Shown in pieces: positions 56,434-64,000 of a stretch of 64,000 bases of DNA (position 1 is the stretch's first letter; every line of letters starts with the position of its first letter). The notes under the pieces were generated by a model. The model searched no databases, had not been told where the DNA came from, and saw nothing but the letters and a program-made list of their open reading frames with translations. The stretch is taken from positions 4,275 through 68,274 of IMG/VR virus record IMGVR_UViG_3300025645_000062; one strand, given 5' to 3'. Source of the stretch: a virus. The position numbers were made by a program, and so were the translations under genes.

Positions 56434-56449
56434 TTAATACACGTTGCGT

Positions 56450-56464
56450 GCTCCCTTCGGGAGC
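56450..56464. terminator. GC-rich hairpin after RNAP II subunit 2
   Basis: GCTCC-CTTCG-GGAGC. Confidence 0.6.
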
Positions 56465-56600
56465 TTAGCTAGAAGTTAACTTTAAATAAATAAGGAATTG
56501 CGTATGGTGTACTGAAAAGAAGGTATTCTAAGCATACAAGGTCAATCAGATGCCTATCATGATTGATTAACGAGACAATGAATAGGCAAGTTAACTCACC
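56450..56600 (-). ncRNA. Candidate structured small RNA
   Basis: Non-coding; closing stem GAGTTAACTT/AAGTTAACTT with two internal stems; upstream ATGTTAGTAT motif and downstream GC hairpin. Confidence 0.35.
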
Positions 56601-56603
56601 TAA

Positions 56604-56613
56604 ATACTAACAT
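56604..56613 (-). promoter_or_regulatory. Third copy of the putative late promoter motif, pointing into a non-coding region
   Basis: ATACTAACAT on the + strand, identical to 38106 and 43509. Confidence 0.4.
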
Positions 56614-56672
56614 CAAAAAAAACCCACTTTTATACTATACTTAGCCTAAGTGCTAAACCAAGGAATTATATT

Positions 56673-56879
56673 ATGTTTATACGTCAAGAAAATATCATTA
56701 TTAACACTCAAGTTTTACCTATCATTACTTCTCAAGGTAGTGATATCCGTTTCCAAAGAGATACTAATCTCCATTCTCCGTACACCAAATTAAAATTTAC
56801 CAACATTATTGAAGCTGATAAAGCTTTCAATTTAATATATTCTGAACTGGCTTCAGGCAGTTTAGTAGTATTACTTTAG
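56673..56879 (+). CDS. Hypothetical protein
   Basis: AAGGA RBS, 68 aa. Confidence 0.65.
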   Translation: MFIRQENIIINTQVLPIITSQGSDIRFQRDTNLHSPYTKLKFTNIIEADKAFNLIYSELASGSLVVLL

Positions 56880-56901
56880 CCTTTAGGTAAGGAAATTTAA
56901 A

Positions 56902-57096
56902 ATGCAAAATAAAATAGCAGTAATAATTCTGATTCTGTCAATAATTGCAGCAATCTTTTTAGATTATAATAAAGCACAGTTAAAGTATGAAAGACATATT
57001 CTAGAAACTGAATGCGTAGAAAAACTCCTAGAAGTTAACGTTTCCCGTAAAGATATTTATGTAGGTGAAGGTACCTGTTACATAGTACACAATTAG
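56902..57096 (+). CDS. Small protein with N-terminal TM/signal segment
   Basis: TAAGGA RBS, hydrophobic N-terminus, two Cys. Confidence 0.65.
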   Translation: MQNKIAVIILILSIIAAIFLDYNKAQLKYERHILETECVEKLLEVNVSRKDIYVGEGTCYIVHN

Positions 57097-57142
57097 CTAC
57101 ATAGTATATATAGCAATAAAACTCTTTAGATATCAATAACTT

Positions 57143-57189
57143 AAGCACCCTTTTGCCCCTCATATTCGAGGGAAAAGGGTGCTTTTTTT
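57143..57189 (+). terminator. Long rho-independent terminator
   Basis: AAGCACCCTTTT-GC-CCCTC-ATATTC-GAGGG-AAAAGGGTGCTT-TTTTT. Confidence 0.8.
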
Positions 57190-57241
57190 CTCGTATCTGT
57201 GCTAAAATACGGGAATATTTATCAATAACGAGGGGAGTATT

Positions 57242-57616
57242 TTGAGAACTTCAGTAAACAAATCTCCAAAATCAAAAGGAGTATTATCAAATATGTATTT
57301 TAATGTACAAGAATCCAAACAGTTAATGGCTATAAGTGATTTAGCATTAATACAGATGCAGTGGTATGTGGGTATTGCAGGACAGGTTAACCCTAATATG
57401 GAAGACCCACACTTAGCCAAGCTAATGGACAAGTCTACAAAAACTGTGGAAAAAACACGCTTAGCTTTGCAAAAAGCAGGATGGTTTCTACGCATCAAGC
57501 ACAACAATAAAAAAGAAATTTCAATTCAATACTTTGTAGGTAAAGATGCTGTTTCAGGAAAATCCTTTAATACAGCAACACTCCTTAAAACTAAACCAGA
57601 GGTAAACCATGATTGA
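57242..57616 (+). CDS. Putative winged-HTH DNA-binding protein
   Basis: DPHLAKLMDKSTKTVEKTRLALQKAGWF helix-turn-helix-wing pattern; start uncertain (TTG 57242 or ATG 57293). Confidence 0.6.
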   Translation: MRTSVNKSPKSKGVLSNMYFNVQESKQLMAISDLALIQMQWYVGIAGQVNPNMEDPHLAKLMDKSTKTVEKTRLALQKAGWFLRIKHNNKKEISIQYFVGKDAVSGKSFNTATLLKTKPEVNHD

Positions 57617-57824
57617 TAGAATATTAGCAGCTAAAAAAATTTATACTAAAAATAGACACAAAGAACCTAAATTTATATATCTTGGTTATTCTGAATATCA
57701 AGAATTACGTGCAAGTCAACATCCATTATTAATAATGAGAGACACCGCTAAACTTCAATACTTAGTAGCAGGTCTTGTTGTTTACGTAGTAGACCTTAAC
57801 TCACATTTTCACGTAACAGGATAA
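57609..57824 (+). CDS. Hypothetical protein
   Basis: GAGGT RBS, overlapping operon packing. Confidence 0.65.
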   Translation: MIDRILAAKKIYTKNRHKEPKFIYLGYSEYQELRASQHPLLIMRDTAKLQYLVAGLVVYVVDLNSHFHVTG

Positions 57825-57827
57825 ATT

Positions 57828-58127
57828 ATGAAAAAGTCAAATGTATTTGGACAACAAAAGTGGAAAAATGATGACTTAAGATTCATCATGAAAAACAGCC
57901 TTGAGATGTCCCTGACAGAGTTATCTCTTGAACTCAATATATCTGAGTCACGTATCCAACATATGTGCAACACGCGTGGTTTTCCATGCTTCAGTGAGGT
58001 ACCTAGAAGCTGGGCAAAGAAAGGTTACATTGCAGGTAAAAATGGTTATGCCATGTATCCTTATAAAAGTGAATTCAGAGAGTCTGCTTCGGTAAGCAAT
58101 GAAATGCTTCAACTTGAGAGTAGTTAA
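57828..58127 (+). CDS. Hypothetical protein with HTH-like segment
   Basis: W..DD...MSLTELSLELNISESRIQ; AGGA RBS. Confidence 0.6.
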   Translation: MKKSNVFGQQKWKNDDLRFIMKNSLEMSLTELSLELNISESRIQHMCNTRGFPCFSEVPRSWAKKGYIAGKNGYAMYPYKSEFRESASVSNEMLQLESS

Positions 58128-58362
58128 AAAGTAGTAAAAAGGAATAATACAATGTTGACTTTACTTAAATGAAAACGAGTGCGAAGCATTCAAAAGCGTA
58201 TGGATTTGTTAGAAAAGTTAGTAATGAATTTGAGTTTAATCTTACATCTTCTCGTAGGAACTAACATGACAACATATATCGTAGTAAATGACGTAGTCGT
58301 CTTTCTAAAATAAACTAATCCTTTTAACGGTGTATTCGGACACCACAACTTGAGTACCTAAT

Positions 58363-58689
58363 ATGAACCACTTAAATGAAGAACATGTGTTAGTACAAAG
58401 TATTAACAACTTAGTAAAGTATATAAACGGTACATTTGTACCAACAGAAATGCGCAAACATTACGGTTTATGTGTTAACGTATTACATGAAGATCTAGAC
58501 GTGTCGGCACTAATATGTACTTGGCACGAGAACGGTACATACTTGCCTTGTTTCCCAATTGAAGGGGATACGGTAACGTACTTTTTAAACAAACGTAAAA
58601 ACGACCGTCGTACTATATATGGCAAGAAACGCTTGCGCCTTGCTGAATACTTATTAATTAACTTACAAGAAGAGTTGGAGCTATATTAA
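58363..58689 (+). CDS. Hypothetical protein
   Basis: 108-aa ORF, coupled to the next ORF by TAATG. Confidence 0.65.
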   Translation: MNHLNEEHVLVQSINNLVKYINGTFVPTEMRKHYGLCVNVLHEDLDVSALICTWHENGTYLPCFPIEGDTVTYFLNKRKNDRRTIYGKKRLRLAEYLLINLQEELELY

Positions 58690-58823
58690 TGAACGATGAT
58701 TCAATCTTTCCATTCAAAGTAATGGCAGTAGGAAACAAAGGGTACGTATGTAAACCTAGTGGTCAGCGTCTTGACACCTACATATCACCTAAGGTACTAA
58801 CCAAAATAATGGAATCAGCATAA
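58689..58823 (+). CDS. Small hypothetical protein (44 aa)
   Basis: MNDDSIFPFKVMAVGNKGYVCKPSGQRLDTYISPKVLTKIMESA; GGAG RBS; TAATG overlaps at both ends. Confidence 0.6.
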   Translation: MNDDSIFPFKVMAVGNKGYVCKPSGQRLDTYISPKVLTKIMESA

Positions 58824-58972
58824 TGGGTAACATATTAAGTATTGTTTTTATGATCGCGTGGGTTACGCACATTTTCCATTGCTTTGCCCAAGAAGCGTGG
58901 GGTTTATTAATTGCGGGAGCGTTGGTGTTCCCAATTGCCATAGTAAATGGCATTTATATTTGGTTTACATAA
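58823..58972 (+). CDS. Small membrane protein (49 aa)
   Basis: MGNILSIVFMIAWVTHIFHCFAQEAWGLLIAGALVFPIAIVNGIYIWFT; two hydrophobic helices; TAATG coupling. Confidence 0.65.
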   Translation: MGNILSIVFMIAWVTHIFHCFAQEAWGLLIAGALVFPIAIVNGIYIWFT

Positions 58973-59104
58973 ACAAAGGTGTGTAAATAATGGGAACAAC
59001 TCAAATGTAAAAAAAATGTTATGTAAATTAGGCATTAAGCAGAATATTTGTTAGGGTGGTTAAAAATTAACCCTCATAGTTTTCCCCCTAACAAGGATTT
59101 ATTC

Positions 59105-60322
59105 ATGAATCGTGAAATATTACTAAAGTACTGTAATACTATTCAAGCTCGAAATGTTAACGCTTATTTTGATAATGATAACAATGCAGGAAAAGCTGCA
59201 AAAACCTTAAATATTAACTCTTCCGTAATTAGCCGAACAATCTCAAGAGCAAGAAAACGAGCAGCTGATGATGGTATTGTAGAAGGTCTACCCTTACTTA
59301 CTATTGCTGAAGGACGTAAACTTGGCAAAGTCACTACTCAGATAACAGGTGATGGTGAAGTTAAAAACGTATGGTATCGTCAAGACGATCAGCTAGAATT
59401 AGCTAAAGTAGCTATTGATGAATTTTGTAAAGAACAACCCCCAATTAAATCTAAAACTCCCAAACAACTTGAACCATACTGCACTGATGTAATTCCATGG
59501 TTCAACATCGGAGATGGTCACTTAGGTATGATTTCATATCACGAAGAAGTTGGTGAAGCATTTGATTTATCAATTGCAGAACGTGAACTATGTGCTGCAA
59601 TGGGAATACTCATTGACGAAGCACCTGTAACAGAAAGATGTGTAATCCAAGATATGGGTGATATGACCCATTATGAAAACAGTGCAGGTAAAACTTCTCA
59701 CTCAGGTCACGACTTAGATTGTGACGGACGCTTTGCTAAAATGATTAAAGTATACGCTCGTACAATGCGTTTCATCATGGATAAAGCAGTAGCCAAATAC
59801 AAATATGTTGATGTAATTATTAACCAAGGGAACCATTCAAGAATAAATGATTTCTGGATGGTTACCTTACTTCAGCATTTATATGAAGATAACGATCAAG
59901 TAACTATTCTTAATAACGATAACGTGTTCACTCCGTATCGTATGGGTAATACTTTTGTTATGACACACCATAGTGATAAATGTAGACCTAACAAACTAGT
60001 AGATGTTATGTCTACGGATTACAGACAGGACTTTGGAGAGGCTAAATACAAGTATATTGATATTGGTCACATTCATCATTCAATGGTCTTAAAAGAGCAC
60101 CCAGGAGTTACCTTAGAATCATTTAACCAATTAGCAACCAGAGATCAATATGCACATGATGGAGGTTGGCGTTCAAGTAGCTGTCTAACTGTCGTCTACC
60201 GTTCAAAAACATACGGTGAGATAGGAAGAAATAAATTATCTCTTGAACGTGTGAGAGATGTTATTGATAATGCTAAAGCAGGAACTAACTGCAATATACG
60301 TCCCACTGTTCACTCTGTTTAG
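59105..60322 (+). CDS. Calcineurin-like metallophosphoesterase with N-terminal HTH
   Basis: DGH, GD, GNH, HH and GHIHH metal-binding motifs; AAKTLNINSSVISRTI HTH; AAGGA RBS before ATG 59105 (ORF track starts at 59048). Confidence 0.8.
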   Translation: MNREILLKYCNTIQARNVNAYFDNDNNAGKAAKTLNINSSVISRTISRARKRAADDGIVEGLPLLTIAEGRKLGKVTTQITGDGEVKNVWYRQDDQLELAKVAIDEFCKEQPPIKSKTPKQLEPYCTDVIPWFNIGDGHLGMISYHEEVGEAFDLSIAERELCAAMGILIDEAPVTERCVIQDMGDMTHYENSAGKTSHSGHDLDCDGRFAKMIKVYARTMRFIMDKAVAKYKYVDVIINQGNHSRINDFWMVTLLQHLYEDNDQVTILNNDNVFTPYRMGNTFVMTHHSDKCRPNKLVDVMSTDYRQDFGEAKYKYIDIGHIHHSMVLKEHPGVTLESFNQLATRDQYAHDGGWRSSSCLTVVYRSKTYGEIGRNKLSLERVRDVIDNAKAGTNCNIRPTVHSV

Positions 60323-60331
60323 GAAACTATT

Positions 60332-60442
60332 ATGAAATGCGCTCAATGTAAAAGCCGTATCTGGTTTTGGCAAAAAGGTTATAGATTAAATACCGTATTC
60401 GTACACCAAAGGTGTTTTAAACTTAAATACTATTCCAAGTAA
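60332..60442 (+). CDS. Putative 36-aa zinc-binding microprotein
   Basis: MKCAQCKSRIWFWQKGYRLNTVFVHQRCFKLKYYSK (CxxC...HxxC); AGGA RBS. Confidence 0.55.
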   Translation: MKCAQCKSRIWFWQKGYRLNTVFVHQRCFKLKYYSK

Positions 60443-60466
60443 ATCTTTCAATTTCCCCCCTTATAA

Positions 60467-60492
60467 CCCCGACTAGTATCGGGGCTTTTTTT
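60467..60492 (+). terminator. Rho-independent terminator
   Basis: CCCCGA-CTAGTA-TCGGGG-CTTTTTTT. Confidence 0.8.
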
Positions 60493-60513
60493 ATCTAAAA
60501 TGGAACAATTAAA

Positions 60514-61047
60514 ATGATCAAACTAATAGGGTTAACAGGTAAAGCACGTAGTGGTAAAGACACCATAGGTGATTACTTAAATACACTAGGTTACCAACCT
60601 TACGCAATGGCAAAACCAATAAAGGAAGCTTGTAGAGCTATTTTTAATTGGGACGATGAACACCTTTATGGTGATTTAAAAGAAGTGCTTGATCCACTCT
60701 ACGAAATAACTCCTAGAGAGGCAATGCAGAAGCTTGGTACTGAGTTTGGACGAGACATGATTAATGCTCGTTTGTGGGAGCTACGTGCCAGCAGCGAGAT
60801 CTCAGACTCTAATTACTTAGTAATTACAGACATAAGATACGATAATGAAGCACGACTGGTTCTGAACCATGGTGGTATTGTTATCCGTGTTGAACGTGAA
60901 AACAGAGATGAGATAAAAGGAGTGGCAAACCATCCTTCAGAACACGGTGTTAGTCCTAATTTAATTACGACCACTATTACAAATAATGGAACATTAGATG
61001 CCCTGTACCATAAAGTAGTAAACGCTTTAGCAGAAAAAGGAGGTTAA
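60514..61047 (+). CDS. Deoxynucleoside monophosphate kinase (T4 gp1-like)
   Basis: GLTGKARSGKDT P-loop, PREAMQKLGTE, ITDIRYDNE, HPSE. Confidence 0.88.
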   Translation: MIKLIGLTGKARSGKDTIGDYLNTLGYQPYAMAKPIKEACRAIFNWDDEHLYGDLKEVLDPLYEITPREAMQKLGTEFGRDMINARLWELRASSEISDSNYLVITDIRYDNEARLVLNHGGIVIRVERENRDEIKGVANHPSEHGVSPNLITTTITNNGTLDALYHKVVNALAEKGG

Positions 61048-61049
61048 TT

Positions 61050-61397
61050 ATGAGCAAATTCAATTTAGAAAAAGCTTTATCAGGTGCAAAAGTCATTACC
61101 GTTGGCGGTGGTGAAGTTACACAACTAACGACACTTAAAATGTCAACGGAATCAAAACTCGTTGGGGTACACGAAGACGGGTTATGTGTTTGGCATAGTA
61201 GCGGTAAGTTTGACTATAAAAACCCTGAGTTCACTGATCTAGATTTAAAAATGTTGCCCGATATGGGAAAGGGGTTTTTGTATGTTTTTAAAAATGGTCG
61301 TACAACAATAATAAGTGAAAAATTAAGATACCATGGTGAACCCGCTATGATTTTTGATTTAAGCAAATATCCAGTAGGTTTTGGACTAGATGAGTAA
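61050..61397 (+). CDS. Conserved phage hypothetical protein
   Basis: FNLEKALSG.KV.T..G N-terminus; AGGAGG RBS. Confidence 0.7.
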   Translation: MSKFNLEKALSGAKVITVGGGEVTQLTTLKMSTESKLVGVHEDGLCVWHSSGKFDYKNPEFTDLDLKMLPDMGKGFLYVFKNGRTTIISEKLRYHGEPAMIFDLSKYPVGFGLDE

Positions 61398-61400
61398 ATA

Positions 61401-61610
61401 ATGAAAATAACACAAGTTAAAAATACTTTTAAGGTGCACTTTGAAAATAAATATCCCAATGAAGAAGAATTACTAATATTAAATAATAAAAATATGGGTG
61501 AATATTGGGTTGACACTAGTAGAAGTTATTCTAGAGTGTTATATAAAACAGGTGTTTTTCCATTTAGCTGTACAATGGAATGCCCTATAAACGAATATTT
61601 TAGAATGTAA
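61401..61610 (+). CDS. Hypothetical protein
   Basis: 69-aa ORF, operon packing. Confidence 0.55.
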   Translation: MKITQVKNTFKVHFENKYPNEEELLILNNKNMGEYWVDTSRSYSRVLYKTGVFPFSCTMECPINEYFRM

Positions 61611-61618
61611 GGCAGATT

Positions 61619-61807
61619 ATGAAAATAACTTCAAAAGACATTATAGATTACGTAAACGAATTAGTCCTCACGGACACCATAAGCCAAAATGAAGTACTAA
61701 ATAGAGTTAGACTACGCTTTGTAGCCTTTGGTATTGATCCTGCTTTAGAAGTGGCTAAGGGACAGTTAAAAGTTTTAAATGTCCTTTTAGATTTAAACCA
61801 AAAGTAG
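61619..61807 (+). CDS. Hypothetical protein
   Basis: 62-aa ORF, TAAGG RBS. Confidence 0.6.
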   Translation: MKITSKDIIDYVNELVLTDTISQNEVLNRVRLRFVAFGIDPALEVAKGQLKVLNVLLDLNQK

Positions 61808-61832
61808 GCAGTTATTCACTACCTACTTTTTT
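61800..61832. terminator. Bidirectional terminator between convergent units
   Basis: AAAAGTAGGCAGT-TATTC-ACTACCTACTTTT-TT. Confidence 0.7.
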
Positions 61833-61836
61833 AACA

Positions 61837-62058
61837 CTAAACAATTGTAAGTGTATTGGTACCTGCTCCAACAATTCGTATTGTGCAGGCAGGTAATACA
61901 GCTAAAGCAGATTTTGCAGCGGTGAACTTACCATCTGTTATTTCACTAAAACCAGTACCATCATTTAAATCCCATTGAATAGTTAAAGCACCTGTTGCCT
62001 TTAAAGTATAAGTACCCGAAGTTATTGCTAATTCTTGGTTATTTACTATTTTACTCAT
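61837..62058 (-). CDS. Small beta-rich protein, possibly virion-associated
   Basis: 73 aa, Thr/Gly-rich beta strands, AGGA RBS, late-strand orientation. Confidence 0.6.
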   Translation of the reverse strand: MSKIVNNQELAITSGTYTLKATGALTIQWDLNDGTGFSEITDGKFTAAKSALAVLPACTIRIVGAGTNTLTIV

Positions 62059-62077
62059 GTTATATATTCCTGTTATG

Positions 62078-62443
62078 TTAAGTTAATTCTGTTTCTACGG
62101 GTTTAAATAAATCATGATTAGCATATAACCACTGACCTTGTTCTTTACTAAAGACTGTTAAAATACCAATATGCAGATCAACCTCTGAACCATCTTCAAC
62201 TGGTTCAAGCTCAGTAATTAAATCATCTGCTATTTGGGTTAAATCATTAATTGATAAACCTTCTAATTCTGTATCATTCTCAGGATTAAAACCTAACTTA
62301 TCAACTCGATAGATTTCACCAAGATAAGCATTAGCTTCATTAGACGTTAAACCTTTTAATACCAGTTTATTGTCTGCGTAGTTTGCACCTGTACCTAAAA
62401 ACTGTGAAACATCTGTTTGCATTACTGTATATAAATAACTCAT
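62078..62443 (-). CDS. Acidic hypothetical protein
   Basis: 121 aa, AAGGT RBS, co-oriented with the lectin-like gene. Confidence 0.65.
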   Translation of the reverse strand: MSYLYTVMQTDVSQFLGTGANYADNKLVLKGLTSNEANAYLGEIYRVDKLGFNPENDTELEGLSINDLTQIADDLITELEPVEDGSEVDLHIGILTVFSKEQGQWLYANHDLFKPVETELT

Positions 62444-62463
62444 ATTCTTTACCTTATTGTTTA

Positions 62464-63999
62464 TTAAAGTTCAACCCATTCGCCATCTATAACAGGTTTG
62501 CTATATTCTTTGTGATTTGATTCTGGAATGTTTTTATACTTTACTGCGTTTGTAATTTCTTTGACTGTAAACTCAGATAACGTAATTGTACTAGGGCCAC
62601 TCCCACCATGTAATAACGATATAAGACCGTTTTGATTCGCTGTAATATAAAATCTTTTTAAACCAAAAGGACTTAGATTTTGTGCTTGAGTTGTTAAGTA
62701 AGTTATTTGAGTGCCAAATACAACGGCAACATTATTACTTAAATTTGTAGCTGATAAAACTTTAAACTCCACTAAATATGTTTTACCCGCAATAACCGAG
62801 CCTGTGTTTGTAATTTTAGGGTCTGTTCCGTCTGATGGTCTATCAAGAGTAAGTATATTATTTGCAATTGTTGCTGACTCTGTACCTGTCGCTGTAACAG
62901 TCCAATTAGAGTAACTTACAAAATTACCATTTATAACCAACTCACTTCCAAACACATTCTCTGCAGAGTATTCAATATCCTGTAACTGCTGTGCTTGTTC
63001 GTAGTTTGTTATTTCTTTTACTGATACGTTGTCTATTGTACAAGAGGAGTTGATAGTATTTCTTGAAAATGCAATATAAGAATGACCTGCAACAGGCGTG
63101 ACTATAATTGTTTTTTCCCCAACTGTTGAAATGTTAATAAAAGGCTCTACACTATTACTACCATTCCATATTAAAACTTTTATATTACCTGTTATTGCAA
63201 TAACGTTAAATTTAATTACGTAGGTTTTTTCACCCTGCAAACCTAAATCTTGTTGCAAAGGTGAAAAATTAGAAGTTGTTGGCATTGAAGCTACACCATT
63301 ACTAATAGTCCAAAAGTTTGATTTGTCCCAATCACTATCCGTAGCAAAATCTCCGTTTACAACTTTTTCAGCATTTAATATATAGTTATTAGTTGCCGTT
63401 GAATTATCTAAAGCAAACGTAGTTGTTACTGGTTCTGAGCCAGATAAATCTGTGAACTTAGAATTGGCTAATATACCATCAAAGTAAAGACTACCATTTG
63501 ACCACACACCTATTAAACCAAATGATGCTGATGAAGCAGTAGTTGTTCCTGTACCATCTGGTACATCATCAACAAACAAAGAAAGTGTTGTTCCTACCTT
63601 TGTTATTTTGATTTTGTGTAGATCACCATCTGCAACAACAATCGTTCCATTGAAAGCTGCACCAAAAATACTTAAGCCTATTTCAGCAGTTTCACTTCTT
63701 ACAAAAATGTAATCTTGTGCTATTTCTGAAGTAGCACAAATCAAATGACCTTCAAAAGATGATGTAATAAGTTCAAGTTCAATTTCAAAATCACCTGTAA
63801 ATACGACAGGCTTTACTATTTTATAATAAGAATTCAAAACAGGATCAAGAATTGATAACCACCTAGTAGGGGGAATATAAAAATCTGCTACCTCGATTAT
63901 TTCTTTAACTGATACGTTGTCAATTGAGCCGTGAAAACCTGCCGAAAAGTTTGCTTCAAACCTAATATTCAACGTCGATGCAACACCCTGTATTACTTG
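62464..63999 (-). CDS. Repeat protein with LamG/concanavalin-like and carbohydrate-binding-like modules (5' end outside window)
   Basis: Frame is open to the window edge; DGDLHKIKITKVGTTLSLFVD LamG-like; repeated V.NG.F...W ... IDNVSVKEI modules. Confidence 0.7.
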   Translation of the reverse strand, partial: QVIQGVASTLNIRFEANFSAGFHGSIDNVSVKEIIEVADFYIPPTRWLSILDPVLNSYYKIVKPVVFTGDFEIELELITSSFEGHLICATSEIAQDYIFVRSETAEIGLSIFGAAFNGTIVVADGDLHKIKITKVGTTLSLFVDDVPDGTGTTTASSASFGLIGVWSNGSLYFDGILANSKFTDLSGSEPVTTTFALDNSTATNNYILNAEKVVNGDFATDSDWDKSNFWTISNGVASMPTTSNFSPLQQDLGLQGEKTYVIKFNVIAITGNIKVLIWNGSNSVEPFINISTVGEKTIIVTPVAGHSYIAFSRNTINSSCTIDNVSVKEITNYEQAQQLQDIEYSAENVFGSELVINGNFVSYSNWTVTATGTESATIANNILTLDRPSDGTDPKITNTGSVIAGKTYLVEFKVLSATNLSNNVAVVFGTQITYLTTQAQNLSPFGLKRFYITANQNGLISLLHGGSGPSTITLSEFTVKEITNAVKYKNIPESNHKEYSKPVIDGEWVEL

Positions 64000-64000
64000 A

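Noticed and set aside
56465-56600. tRNA or hammerhead ribozyme
   Set aside because: No T-loop GTTCRA or cloverleaf; CTGAAAA does not match the CUGANGA hammerhead core in a suitable stem context
1-64000. Alternative genetic code
   Set aside because: The standard code gives dense full-length genes, and TAA, TAG and TGA all end genes at sensible positions

Overview
This window is most of an AT-rich N4-like podophage genome (Schitoviridae); a marine gammaproteobacterial host is likely but is inference. The assembly is circularly permuted and the physical ends probably lie near 51.8-52.7 kb. On the + strand, 1-13.7 kb holds replication genes: ThyX C-terminus, AAA/vWA pair, Dda-like helicase, family A DNA polymerase, nuclease, primase, AAA protein, RuvC-like resolvase and SSB. 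On the - strand, 13.8-51.8 kb holds late genes: a 4299-aa virion RNA polymerase, ejection proteins, major capsid, portal, two large tail proteins, a lysis cassette and terminase. Early and middle genes on the + strand at 52.1-61.8 kb include hairpin promoters, two-subunit RNAP II, a metallophosphoesterase and a dNMP kinase. A - strand lectin-like cassette runs off the right edge. The most notable observations are: (1) a candidate ~150-nt structured small RNA at 56.45-56.6 kb, preceded by a motif shared with two late operons and carrying an anti-RBS-like tract; (2) early promoter hairpins with a covarying bulged double stem; (3) extra cargo domains in the virion RNAP; (4) a sharp G-ending codon skew in the small terminase gene; (5) two stand-alone duplicates of virion-protein N-terminal domains. 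All family assignments come from motifs and synteny recognised by eye, not database searches.
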